NCBI RefSeq assembly: GCF_006345805.1
Contig: NC_043007.1
Coordinates: 49,600,001 to 49,664,000 of the forward strand
DNA: 64,000 nucleotides
Source of the DNA: Octopus sinensis
Taxonomy: Eukaryota
Direction: 5' to 3'
Under the pieces are notes generated by a model that saw only the letters and a list, made by a program, of their open reading frames with translations, did not search any database and was not told where the DNA came from. How positions within the stretch are numbered: position 1 is the first letter of the stretch; each line of letters starts with the position of its first letter. Shown in pieces: positions 53,170 to 64,000 of this stretch. A program made the translations under genes and the position numbers.

Positions 53170-53655
53170 CTGCTCGTGACAAAATTACTATTAATATTAT
53201 TATTATTCAGTAGTTTTATTTTTATAGCGTGCTTTCACTTCACTACCGAGCGCAGCTCTGTGTGCCTTGGGTATGTGCTGTGATTTGTTGTGATGCTCTG
53301 ATGGTTATTGTATGGAAAGTGTTCTGCGTAGGATGTGTGCAGTGCCTAGTAGTGCAATTTTCTGTATGTTATATGTGTTTGTAAGTCCTGGTGTTTTTGT
53401 TATGTATTTGTCTGAATATTTTTTTATCATGCCTAATGCACCTACTATGATAGGAATTGTTTCTGTTTTCAGGTTCCACATTCTAGTTACCCCTATTTCC
53501 AGGTCTTTGTATTTTGAGAGTTTCTCCATTTCTTTTAGAGACACGTTGTCATCTGCCGGTATTGATACATCAATTAGAAAGCATTTTTTTTCTTCATGAT
53601 CTCTGACAACTATATCTGGTCTGTTGGCCTTAATTTCTCTATCTGTGTGTATCGG

Positions 53656-53657
<2 letters not shown>
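53170..53657 (-). mobile_element. Young 5'-truncated R4/Dong-like LINE (intact RLE and 3' UTR) between (AAT)n tracts
   Basis: 117 uninterrupted codons PIHTDREIKANRPDIVVRD..FLIDVSIP..LGTAHILRRTLSIQ*. Same family as 21600-25075. Confidence 0.9.
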
Positions 53658-53727
<70 letters not shown>

Positions 53728-53769
53728 CATTATTATTATTATTATTCCTTTGTAACACAGTGTAGGTAA

Positions 53770-54075
53770 AAATGCACCGGAGTCTTTACTCATCTGTCAA
53801 GTCATAACAAGGACCTCAGATAGATAATACTTTCCTTAAGGTGTGCGCTGTGCCCAACAAGGCTGATTTTTGCAAGACATCTATCTAGCATAGGATTTCC
53901 AGTTGTCTTAAGAAGTCTTGAAGTATCACCACTGGTATTACTTTTACATTACCTCTCGCATTCCATACAGTCTTGCCATTTCTACTTTCAATTCGGAATA
54001 CTAGGTGATTTTTTCAACCTCTTTACTCACAATAATCATATCATTTGGTATGGCTACATCAATGATCTGACAGTA
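53770..54075 (-). mobile_element. R4/Dong-like LINE RLE fragment (different subfamily)
   Basis: Manual translation shows IIDVAIP..KE.EK..Y and VIPVVILQDFLRQL..LQKSALLGTAHTLRKVL. Confidence 0.7.
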
Positions 54076-54084
54076 TTTGAATTA

Positions 54085-54330
54085 CCCAAACCTCAAAGAA
54101 TTACTCTTAACACATGGCTATGATGCTCCCCCACTACTTCTGCTCGTGGAGATGCACATATTGTCAGCCACTAAGTGACATACGCAAATAACTATGGTCA
54201 AACAAGTGACAAGCAAATCTGTGGCATTGAGCAGAATATTTGTTGTAGCCCGTATTTTATACCAAGACAAAACAATGTATATGATAACACTTCAAGTCAG
54301 TTAAGATGAGAAGCCATGAGAGCCACTGCT
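54085..54330 (-). mobile_element. Family D retroposon internal fragment
   Basis: Similar to 7490-7690. Confidence 0.7.
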
Positions 54331-54332
54331 TA

Positions 54333-54680
54333 TGGCAGAATCTTTAGCACGCCGGGCGAAATGCCTAACGGTATTTCGTCTGCCGCTACGTTCTGAGTTC
54401 AAATTCCGCCGAGGTCGACTTTGCCTTTCATCCTTCCAGGGTCAATTAAATAAGTACCAGTTACGCACTGGGGTCGATATAATCGACTTAATCCGTTTGT
54501 CTGTCCTTGTTTGTCCTCCCTGTGTTTAGCCCCTTGTGGGTAGTAAAGAAATAGGTATTTCGCCCGTCGCTACGTTCTGAGTCCAAATTCCGTCAGGATC
54601 GACTTTGCCCTACATCCTTTCCGGGTCGACAAATTAAGTACCAGTAAAACGCTGGGTGTCGATGTAATCGACTAGTCCCC
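54333..54680 (+). mobile_element. Family A SINE dimer
   Basis: A full unit followed by a headless unit joined at ggtatttcg. Confidence 0.85.
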
Positions 54681-54698
54681 TATCATTATTATTATTAC

Positions 54699-54769
<71 letters not shown>

Positions 54770-54773
<4 letters not shown>

Positions 54774-55490
54774 ATAGTCGTATCTTTATCACGTGCTTCC
54801 ACTGCACTATCAAGCGTAGTTCTGTGTGCCTTGGGTGTTTGTTGTGATTTGTCGTAATGCTCTTATCTTTACTGTATTGAAAGTGTTTTACGTAGGATGT
54901 GTGCGGTGTCTAACAGTACTAGTTTCTGTGTGTTATATATACTTGTTAGTCCTGGTGTTCTTGTTATGTATTTGTCTGAATACTTTTTATCATGCCTAAT
55001 GCACCTACTATGATAGGAATTGTTTCTGTTTTTAGACTCCACGTTCGAGTTACCTCTATTTCCAGATATTTGTATTTTGAAAGTTTCTCCGTTTCTTTTA
55101 GAGAAATATTGTCATCTGTTGGTATTGATTCATCGATTAGAAAGCATTTTTCTTGGTGATCTCTGACAACTATAACCAGCCTATTGGCCTTAATTTCTCT
55201 ATCTGTGTGTATTTGCATATCTCATTGTAAGGTTGCTTTCTCATTTTCTGTTACCTTTTCTGGTTTGTGCGTATAACATCTTTTTTCTGCTGTTATTCTA
55301 TAGGTTTGGCATAACTTCCAGTGTTTATAGGTCCCAACTCTGTCGTGTCTGTGAATATATTCCTTCTTAGCCAGGACTGGGCAGCCAAAGACAATACGAT
55401 TTATCGTTTTTGTTTTCCATCTCCACATGTTTTTGGTAATTTCGGGTTGGAAGGCTGTGATCTTGTGCAGCAATTAAAAAAATCCTTCAG
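54770..55490 (-). mobile_element. R4/Dong-like LINE 3' fragment (same family as 53170)
   Basis: GCPVLAKKEYIHRHDRVG, QIHTDREIKANRL, and the same 3' UTR with an (AAT)n flank. Confidence 0.88.
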
Positions 55491-56100
55491 TCTCTACTTT
55501 GCGTCCTGAGCTTCCCATTTTTGCTTTGTGTATTTCTTTTCTATTATTAGGCACTCTTGTTTGTACCTCTTAAAGGTTACTATATCCTGCCTTCGGAGCT
55601 CTAATATTTTGTCTGCCTGGAAATCAAAGTCCCAGAGGGTGTTTGCCCTCCTCTTTTCGTCCATTATCTTTTCCAGTGTATATTGGTACCAAGAACCCGT
55701 AACCTCATATCCATACTTACGGCATAGAAGCCAGTCGAGGTTTTGGGCTACTTTGTCGTGTCTACGCTTGTTCTTTCTGCGCAAGAATTTCACGAACACT
55801 AGTATTGTGAGTCACACTTTCGACTCTCTTCCCACACATTCTGCAGAGGTCCGATGCACTTGTGTGGTATATATTATTTTTCTCTGAATTGGTATTCAAT
55901 ACCTGGTCCTGGGTCGCACCCTTGTTGATCCACCTCCATGATGCTTCCTCGTCTTTTAATTTCTTGGCTTCACGGTGGAACTGACCATGTAATTCAATAT
56001 GGAGTAGGGTTTTTTTTCTCGTTAGCTGTTCTTGTTCGGAATTCATGAGCACTCTCAAGTCCATTTTTGTTAACTTTTTTGCACTAGCAGCATACAATAG
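55490..56100 (-). mobile_element. R4/Dong-like LINE fragment (third subfamily)
   Basis: ELHGQFHRE, CRMCGKRVESVTH, RRHDKVAQNLDWLLCRKYG, TLWDFDFQAD. Confidence 0.8.
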
Positions 56101-56184
56101 CAGGCCTTATTATTATTATTATTATTATTATATTTATTGTTCTTATTATTATTGTTGTTGTTGATGTTGCTGTTGTTGTTGTTG

Positions 56185-56264
<80 letters not shown>

Positions 56265-56599
56265 GCTCTTAATAACAACTCACAGTATCTCTACTGTCAA
56301 TTTCTGACTCCTTGTGGGTCTTGCACCCAGATTTACTATTGAAAACTATAAATCTGAAGAGTTATAGACGTTCCTACACGTCCTAAATGTCTACAACTCA
56401 ACAGTCCTTGTCGCCTCAAATACCAAGCCTCATCATCAGTGAGAAATACTATTGAAGAGCACATTCTCAACACAACCAGGACTGCATCACAGATATTGAC
56501 CAGCCTTTTCGGGGTTTCAAAATTTTTCATTCACCAACAACTATTCAGCTTCTAAAATGCTTAGGTGGCATACAAAATAAAAAGTCCTTCCGTATCTGG

Positions 56600-56940
56600 G
56601 AGCTACCGAAATACATATATGCATCGGAGACCCATAATTTTGCCAACATAGATGCAGTGCAATCCAGTGACGTTCAGATGTAATCGGTGGACACTCTCTT
56701 ACATGATGAATGAAAATGAAGTACGTGAAACCATGGTGAATTACAATAGTAACAGAGCAATCAGTAAAGTAATATCGCCGCGAAAGATAAGTTAAGACTA
56801 ATGCTATCTACGATACCTGAAACTGTGTTACAGGGCTGTGAAACACGGACCGTGCTAAACACATAGAGAGATGAAATTGCCAACTTGGAAATGAGATATA
56901 TTCAAAGAATTAATGGCGTTACGTGGGAGGAGCACCAGAA
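56600..56940 (+). mobile_element. RTE-clade LINE C-terminal fragment
   Basis: LQGCETRTV..EMRYIQRINGVTWEE matches the RTE 'LYGCETW..EM...RRI.GV.W.D' motif. Confidence 0.6.
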
Positions 56941-57239
56941 CCAAACTGTCAGTCTCAGATTAGTTTAGATCATTGGCTGTGGAGAGAGAGAGAAAGAGAT
57001 AGAGAGAAAGAGAGAGAAATGGGGAAAGCGAGGAAGTGATAGGATGGAAATAGAGAGAGCGAGAGAGAGGGAGCGAAAGAATGGAAATATTGATTAAAAT
57101 ATTCCACTGCCCCTACGGCAGGAATGCTATGGTAATATCTTGACTCGATACCAAAAAACACACATGCATATATGTATGCTCACTCTCTCTCTCTAAATGT
57201 TTAGTTTAATTTTTGATCGACTACCTTCCTGGTTGTAAG

Positions 57240-57710
57240 ATTGCAAAGAGAAGGAAATTGTCATCGTTTATCCTTTCAGTCGTATGAACGTTTTGCAGAG
57301 TTTGAAGGTTCCGGATATCGCGACAATTTGTGGTTTATGAATTAACAAGTTAAGCCCTTTCTTCACAAATCCAACTTCCAGGCTGGTTGGTGTATAAGCT
57401 GTAGCTACAAAAATAACGGTTATGAAGCCGAACACATATCTTGGATATTGAATCCAGAAAGTTTCATCAAAGATCTGTAGGTATCTTCCGTCTCTTACAA
57501 GTAAATCAATTGACATTAAGTGGGTAGCATGATTTTAACGTGAAGTCCCAAACAACAATATCAGGCCGTTTATGTCTTAATTTGGTGGCAATTTTTATTT
57601 TTAGGTTCCACCAGTATTCCTTTGAACTATCAGTCTCAAAATATTTCTCTCTGTTTGATTTTATTTTTGTTTTCCACAATGCATTCCATATTGTCCTAGC
57701 CAACAACACC
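57240..57710 (-). mobile_element. Rearranged R4/Dong-like LINE fragments
   Basis: KLRHKRPDIVVWD RLE motif, then a post-RT segment. Confidence 0.55.
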
Positions 57711-58633
57711 ATGTATCATGTATGTATGTATGAATGTATGTATGTATGAATGTATGTATGTATGTATGTATGTATGTATGTATGTATGTATGTATGTATG
57801 TATGTATGTATGTATGTATGTATTTGTGTACAATCATTCACACATAAATTTACGCTGCTATATTTAGCTGGAAAATAATACTATTGTATTCCAATAATCT
57901 TTATAATTTTTAGATAAAACGTTTTTACTGATTTCGGTTCTATTTACGGCTTGGCGTTCAACCGAATATATGAACAATGATGTAACAGATATTTGAAAAT
58001 TTCGTATTCGGTGAATCCAGCTGCTGAGGACTAACCGAGTTTACGATTACAGGCGTATTAGGAAAGCCCGAAACTCGAGTATTTGGTATCCACTCTAGGT
58101 TATTCATCCATTCGGTGTTCTACGACGAAAATGTTTTATATTCGTTGCCCGCACATCTTTAGCAGTACATATTCAGTGAAGCTTTACATAGCGTCGCACT
58201 GTTATCGGCAGCTATTTCCAGCAAACATTGGTACCTTGTTGTACCACTATTTTATATATATATATGTATGTGTATGTATGTATACACACACACATATATG
58301 TAAACATACATACATACATACATGCATACATACATATATATATATGGGACAGCTTGCTAATATGCGTATATGTTTTGCTATGGGAGTTTTCGCGTTACTT
58401 TTTCCCATTGTATGTTAGTTATAGTTATTATTGAAAGCCTGACTAATGAAGCTGTCCAAATACGTAGATGCACCGTTCAGACAGTGCTGTTTGTTGACGT
58501 ACTTACAGCACTGGCGTCGACATTTTATTACTATTTATTATTATTATTTTTATCATTATTGTTACTGATGTTATTATTATTATTATCATCATCATCGTCA
58601 TCATCATCATGATTATTATTATTATTATTATTA

Positions 58634-58671
<38 letters not shown>

Positions 58672-58714
58672 CATTATTATTATTATTATCATTATTATTA
58701 TTATTATTATTATT

Positions 58715-58745
<31 letters not shown>

Positions 58746-59714
58746 CTGTTCTTGTTGTACTTCCTTCGTTTTAGGCGGGGGTGTTTACCAATTCCTTAGG
58801 CGACAGATGGAGCCACTCTTTGGAATAAAACAAAACAAGAAAATATTCGGCAACAACGCTAAAGTATTTGGTAAGAAAAGGCCTGATATTTATTTATGTA
58901 TGTCTACACCTATGTATGGCTGGTTGAATAGGAAACTGAGTATATTTGGGGTACGTAAGCATACACACTTAAATATGTACGCAATAAGACCAGGGGATAG
59001 GCTCTTAAGCATACAACGAGGCATGAGATGTATTATACCCATTCGAGAATGTGTGTGTGTGAGAGAGAGAGAGAGACGAGGTGAGCGAGAGAGTTAGGGA
59101 GAGAGAACGTGAGAGAGAAAGAGAAAGTGAGATGTTGATGTAGAGAAAGTGAGCCATATGCACACACATATATTAAATTATATCTTGCAATATAAACAAT
59201 ACTGTATTTTATTGATGTGAAGACTCGTGATGTAGTGGATCGGTCATTAAGTTCCGGCAGTTAGGTCATGTGTTCGAGTCTCTGACCGAACAGTGCTTCA
59301 TTTCTCATTGTACCGCTACATTTAGTTGAAAATGAGCCCTGTGGCCCTTGCGGGCGATCTTCTGTCCTACAAGGGTAGTATCTTGTATTGTCCACAATAT
59401 CAGATATATATAAATAAAGAAAACCTCCGATGATGGGAAGCCTTTATGTGGCCGCTTCACCTAACAATACAGTACTAGCTGTATCGGCTGAGAAATTACT
59501 TTGATGATGTGTCCGCTTGATCCCGGTGTCCTTTAGCTAGGACTAAACAACAACATTAGCACAAGACTATCTACCTTTCCACTGTCTATTGACGTGTTAG
59601 AAATAGCAGCCAAATGAGTCATGCATCACACTCTACTACCTTTAAAAGAAAGGAGACTTTCGAGAAGATAGACCCTGATACACTTTACCTTCATATTGTT
59701 GAATGTTAGTCGAG

Positions 59715-59842
59715 CAACATATTCTTTGTAAGCCTAGTACTTATTCTATCGTCCTCTTTTACCGAACCACTAAATTACGGGGACGCAAACACACCAGCAT
59801 CGGTTGTCAAGCGATGTTGGGGGGACAGACACAGACATACAA

Positions 59843-59919
<77 letters not shown>

Positions 59920-60085
59920 CGACGGGCTTCTTTCAGTTTCCGTCAATCAAATCCACTCACAAGGCTTTGGTCGGCCCGAGGCTATAGTTGAAGGCACTTG
60001 CCCAAAGTGCCACGCAGTGGGACTGAACCCAGGACCATGTGGTTGGTAAGCAAGCTACTTACCACGCAGTCACTCCTGCGCCTAT
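59715..60085 (-). mobile_element. Family B SINE, full length
   Basis: Reverse complement of ggcgcaggagtgactgcgtggtaagtagcttgcttaccaaccacatgg.. through the (CA)n/(TA)n centre to gatagaataagtactaggc. Confidence 0.9.
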
Positions 60086-60106
60086 ATATATATATATATA
60101 TATATA

Positions 60107-60357
60107 CTGTTGTGTCTGGGGAGAGTCATTCTCGTTTAATGCCTTATAATTTAACACACTCACCAGTAAAATTTCTACTTATTTCCATCTTTATTTTTCT
60201 AAAATTTTCGTTGTGTCTTGCAGCCATTTCAACTATTGAAATGGTTGCAAGACAAAGAAAACTTTAGAAAAATAAAGAAGGAAATAAGTGCGAATATTAC
60301 TGGTGAGTGTGTTAAATTATAAGGCATTAAAAGAGAATGACTCTCCCCAGACAACAG
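60107..60357. repeat. 251-bp near-perfect fold-back palindrome (3-nt loop at 60233-60235), TA-flanked
   Basis: Arms 60107-60232 and 60236-60357 are reverse complements with scattered mismatches. Confidence 0.92.
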
Positions 60358-61169
60358 TATATGCCCCAACACACGAACTCACATATAGAATCTTGCAAAC
60401 CAAATCCAAAAACGAAAAGTACATATATTCTTAAATTAAACATTATGAAATATATAAAATCGCTTTAAAAGAGCAGATTAAATGATACCTGATAAAAAGA
60501 AATTTTTGTGTTAGCTCTTTCCGTTGTTTCCTGCTTCTTAAACACAAGTTAGAGAGAAAGAGAGCTGAAGAGAGAGAGATAAACAGACAAATAGACAGAC
60601 AGACAGACAGACAGACAGATAGATAGGTAGATAGTTAAATGGGCTGGTAGGTACATGCACATACATACACACATACATGTGTGTGTGTGTGTGTATGTGT
60701 GTGTAAATATATATATATATATGGTTAGCTTAGCGCTATAATAGAAGATACTTGCTCAACTTGCTGTGCAGCAGGATTGAACCCGAAACAACGTGGTTGC
60801 AAAACGAGCTTCTGAACCACATTGCCTATACCGCTGCGCGTGTTTATGTTTATTGGTGCAAACCGGTGAGACGAGTATTTTGATGTTGAAAAGTTAAATT
60901 ATTATTCTTTACGTAGAGAATTGAAATAAACACCGGATTGACAAAAGTACTTTGCTATATATCACTGTCAGTTGCAGTAAATGGTAGTGTCATTGTTTAG
61001 CCGCTATCCATTCACTATTCAATAACGTTAAGTAAAAGAACATAGACATAGTGTTTGGGTTAAACTTTTTAACAGTTTGCATAAAAGCAAAAGTAAACAC
61101 AACATTCCGTCCAAAGATAAAAATGTTATAAAAATCGAAGTATCCACTAGATAATAGCTGGAAGATAAC

Positions 61170-61790
61170 AATTTAATCAAAGCAGCCACCCTCAGCTTCC
61201 ATCAAGTCCTCAAGACAGATCCAGAACTTGGTGCATGCGTTCCTTACTAGGTCCCTAAGAATATCTTCGAACATCCCTATGATTATGGCTACCAGATCGT
61301 TTTTTATGTCGCAAGCAGAGCAGTTGGAGACTTTCTCAATCGCGCCCCACGCATAGTAATCCACGGGATTACAACCGTGACATTTAGGAGTCTCGAAATT
61401 GGGGCTGGTGAGTTCGTAGAAATTCTCTGACAATTACTTCTGACTCTTTCCGGGGGTATGGCAAGGAATCGAATCCTGTTGTACACACATTTGGTATTTC
61501 AGCAGCAAATCTCTTCATCCAGGGATTCACCAGTCACCAACAGCTTTACATAGCCATCTGAATTGAGACTAAGGTCCAGTTCAAAGATGCATGGATGAAT
61601 TCCAGCATGTGGACGCAGACAGAATGTCTGCTGTCTCTTCCTACTGACTACGGTATAATAGGCGCCGCTGCAGCTGTCCATGTCCGTCCTACAGCCTTGA
61701 CAGTGTTCACAGATCATTGAATAGTAGTTATGATGCTGGCATTTTGGAACCTGTTGCAAATCATCATGATACAAAGTAGCTCTTTTCCAA
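61170..61790 (-). mobile_element. Tc1/mariner DD37D-like transposase 3' relic
   Basis: LSLNSDGYVKLL, QQDSIPCHT, NPVDYYAWG, EAEGGCFD*. Confidence 0.8.
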
Positions 61791-61801
61791 TATTCAGATG
61801 G

Positions 61802-62015
61802 TTTGTTAAGGCGGTGTGCTGGCAGAAGCATTAGCACGCGGGGCGAAATGCTTAGCGGCATTTCGTCTGTCTTTAGGTTCTGAGTCCATATTCCGTCGAC
61901 TTTGCCTTTCATCCTTTCGGGATTGATAAATTAAGTACCAGTTGCGTACTGGCGTCGATCTAATTGACTAGCTCCCTCCCCCCAAATTCCGGGTCTTGTG
62001 CCTAGAGTAGAAAAG
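61802..62015 (+). mobile_element. Family A SINE with a 13-bp TSD
   Basis: aatattcagatgg is duplicated at 61789-61801 and 62016-62028. Confidence 0.92.
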
Positions 62016-62121
62016 AATATTCAGATGGCTTCCAGTGCTCGATATCAAATAACTTTTTCTCAATTAAAACTTTAATCGCTAAGACCAACACTATTGACTG
62101 TTCGCCAATACATCAAGAGTG

Positions 62122-62395
62122 AAGGCACGTGATTTAGTGGTTAGGGTATTCGATTCAAGATCGCAAGGTCGTAAGTTCGATATCCAGCGGCACGTTGTCC
62201 TCTTGAGCAAGATACTTCATTTCACATTGCACCAGTCCACTTAGCTGGTAAAACAGTAGTATCTGAATTTCAAAGGACCAGCCTCGTCAAGGTCTGTGTC
62301 ACGCTGAGTCTCTCTGAGACCTACATTAAGAGTACTTGCATCAGTGGAGTGCTCAGCCACTTGCACTTTAATTTCATCGGCAGGCTGTTCGGATC
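62122..62395 (+). mobile_element. Family C SINE
   Basis: gaaggcacgtgatttagtggttagggtattcg..ttgagcaagatacttcatttcacattgcaccagtccacttagctg. Confidence 0.85.
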
Positions 62396-62479
62396 AAGAA
62401 ATACATCAAATTGTTCCTGAAAAGGGGGTAAAAAGGCATAAAAATCATCAAATTTAGACCGAACATCCTGTACTACAAT

Positions 62480-62645
62480 ACTGGCCCCTTTGAATTATAG
62501 CTATTACTCATTTTTGCCAGCTGATTGGACTGCAGCAAGGTGAAGTAGAGTACCTTGCTCAAGAACACAGCGCGCTGCAGGAAATCGTACTCATGACTTT
62601 ACGGTCGCAAGCCGAATACTCCTAACCACTGAGCCACGCACCTTC
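62480..62645 (-). mobile_element. Family C SINE, inverted relative to 62122
   Basis: Reverse complement of the same head and core. Confidence 0.85.
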
Positions 62646-63119
62646 ATTCTCTTAACCGTAGAGAAAAGGAGTGAAGCGATAGAGACAGAGAAAGGTAAGC
62701 AGTAGTCATTTACAATGGCTATTAGGCTGAAATACAATCGATCTTTTCTAGCTTCTTTACTTTTAACAATGAAGAGGGAAAGACATTTAGTAATGAATGA
62801 GGGAAAGTCTTTCAGGTGTTTACGTTTTTATTCTGGAATTCTAGAACGATCGAATGTTACTTGTCTCTTCTTTCCCCCACCCGCGGTACTTATTTTGCCT
62901 TCTTTCTTAGTTCTTTATGTCTTTTAGTTGGGGGGGGGGGGCAGGTTCTTTTTACCAGGTACGTTTAACGTTTTCTCTACAACCTACAATCAAGCCCGCC
63001 TCCTTTCCTTTTTTTTTTTGTCATGTAAAAACTTATGCAAATTTCGAACGGGATATAACTGTGAAAAGAGCCCAGAAAAATGGGTAATACCCATTACAAA
63101 ATGGGTGGAGTAGAAAAGT

Positions 63120-63240
63120 TGCCAACAGGTGGCTACACGAAATTCATCTCTATAATTTAAAGAGCGTCTTCTACTATAGTCTCAGGCCGACCAAAGTCTC
63201 GTAAGCGAATTAAGTAGACAGAAACTGAAAGAAGCCTGTC

Positions 63241-63291
<51 letters not shown>

Positions 63292-63425
63292 ACCGTTGCT
63301 TGACAACCGATGTTGATGTGTTTGCGTCCCCGTAACTTAGCTGTTCGGATTCAATTTCCTCAACAAAAGGGTGGTGCTCCAGCATGGTCACCATCAAATC
63401 AATAAAACAAGTAAAATAATAAAAG
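63120..63425 (+). mobile_element. Family B SINE, degenerate
   Basis: tcttctactatagtctcaggccgaccaaag..cttgacaaccgatgttg..ggtggtgctccagcatggtcac. Confidence 0.8.
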
Positions 63426-63669
63426 AATACCAGAAGAGTGTTGTGTACCACTAAACCAAGAAGGGTCTTTGAAAATGTACTTGGTATTTTAAGGCTAAAT
63501 ATTAATTCTGTTTACGTTTGCGTAACTGGGATATTTTGGTTGGATTATATAGTTCTCAGATTTACACTTCTTTCTATATTCTATAACTGTCACGATATAG
63601 AAACATTTCTCATGGCACCAGTACACAATTTGCAGATGCTTATATTTTCAGCTAGTTGTTATTATTATT

Positions 63670-63853
63670 AAGCCGGTGAGCTGGCAGAATCGTTAACACG
63701 CTGGACAAACTGCTTAGCGGTATTTCGCCCGTCGCTACGTACTGAGTTCAAATTTCATCTTTTTGGGGTCGATAAATTAAGTGCCACTTAATTACTGGGG
63801 TCGATGTAATCGACTATCCCCCTGCCCCAAAAGGTGGACCTATAATAGAAAGG

Positions 63854-63860
<7 letters not shown>
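63670..63860 (+). mobile_element. Family A SINE followed by (ATT)n
   Basis: gccggtgagctggcagaatcgttaacac..ggggtcgataaattaagt..ctggggtcgatgtaatcgac. Confidence 0.85.
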
Positions 63861-63902
<42 letters not shown>

Positions 63903-64000
63903 TTTAATCTGCATGTTTGTTACAATCACTTGCCGAGACACACCCAGTGTCCTGTGATGAGTGGAGGATAATAGATGACCGGCTCAAATTAAAGGCCCCA

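Noticed and set aside
53305-53793. 162-aa ORF with poly-Ile fused to an intact RLE nuclease domain
   Set aside because: The N-terminus is an (ATT)n tract read into a 5'-truncated LINE. There is no evidence of domestication.

Overview
AT-rich, microsatellite-dense, transposon-saturated animal DNA. The SINE families and repeat landscape point to an octopus (coleoid cephalopod); this is an inference, not a database result. The only host coding sequence I can support is two paralogous, intact 142-bp first coding exons of an SLC22/organic-cation-transporter-like gene on the minus strand (15484-15625 and 25663-25804), with no recognisable downstream exons between them. The rest is mostly decayed mobile DNA: an Academ (XPG-type) transposon, a full-length DD34D mariner, two DD37D-like Tc1/mariner relics, a SPIN/Charlie-like hAT with TIRs and TSD, an autonomous-type Helitron relic and a non-autonomous Helitron, about ten R4/Dong-like RLE LINE fragments associated with (TAA)n tracts, six Penelope-like fragments, an RTE fragment, several SINE families and MITEs. 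The most notable structures are the duplicated SLC22 first exons (possible alternative first exons), two short inverted templated copies inside neighbouring transposons, a long inverted-repeat family that appears both around a Penelope fragment and as a 251-bp fold-back, a 64-bp dimeric tandem array at a Helitron/Penelope junction, and degenerate hammerhead-ribozyme-like motifs. Coordinates of decayed elements are approximate, and family names come from recalled motifs, not searches.
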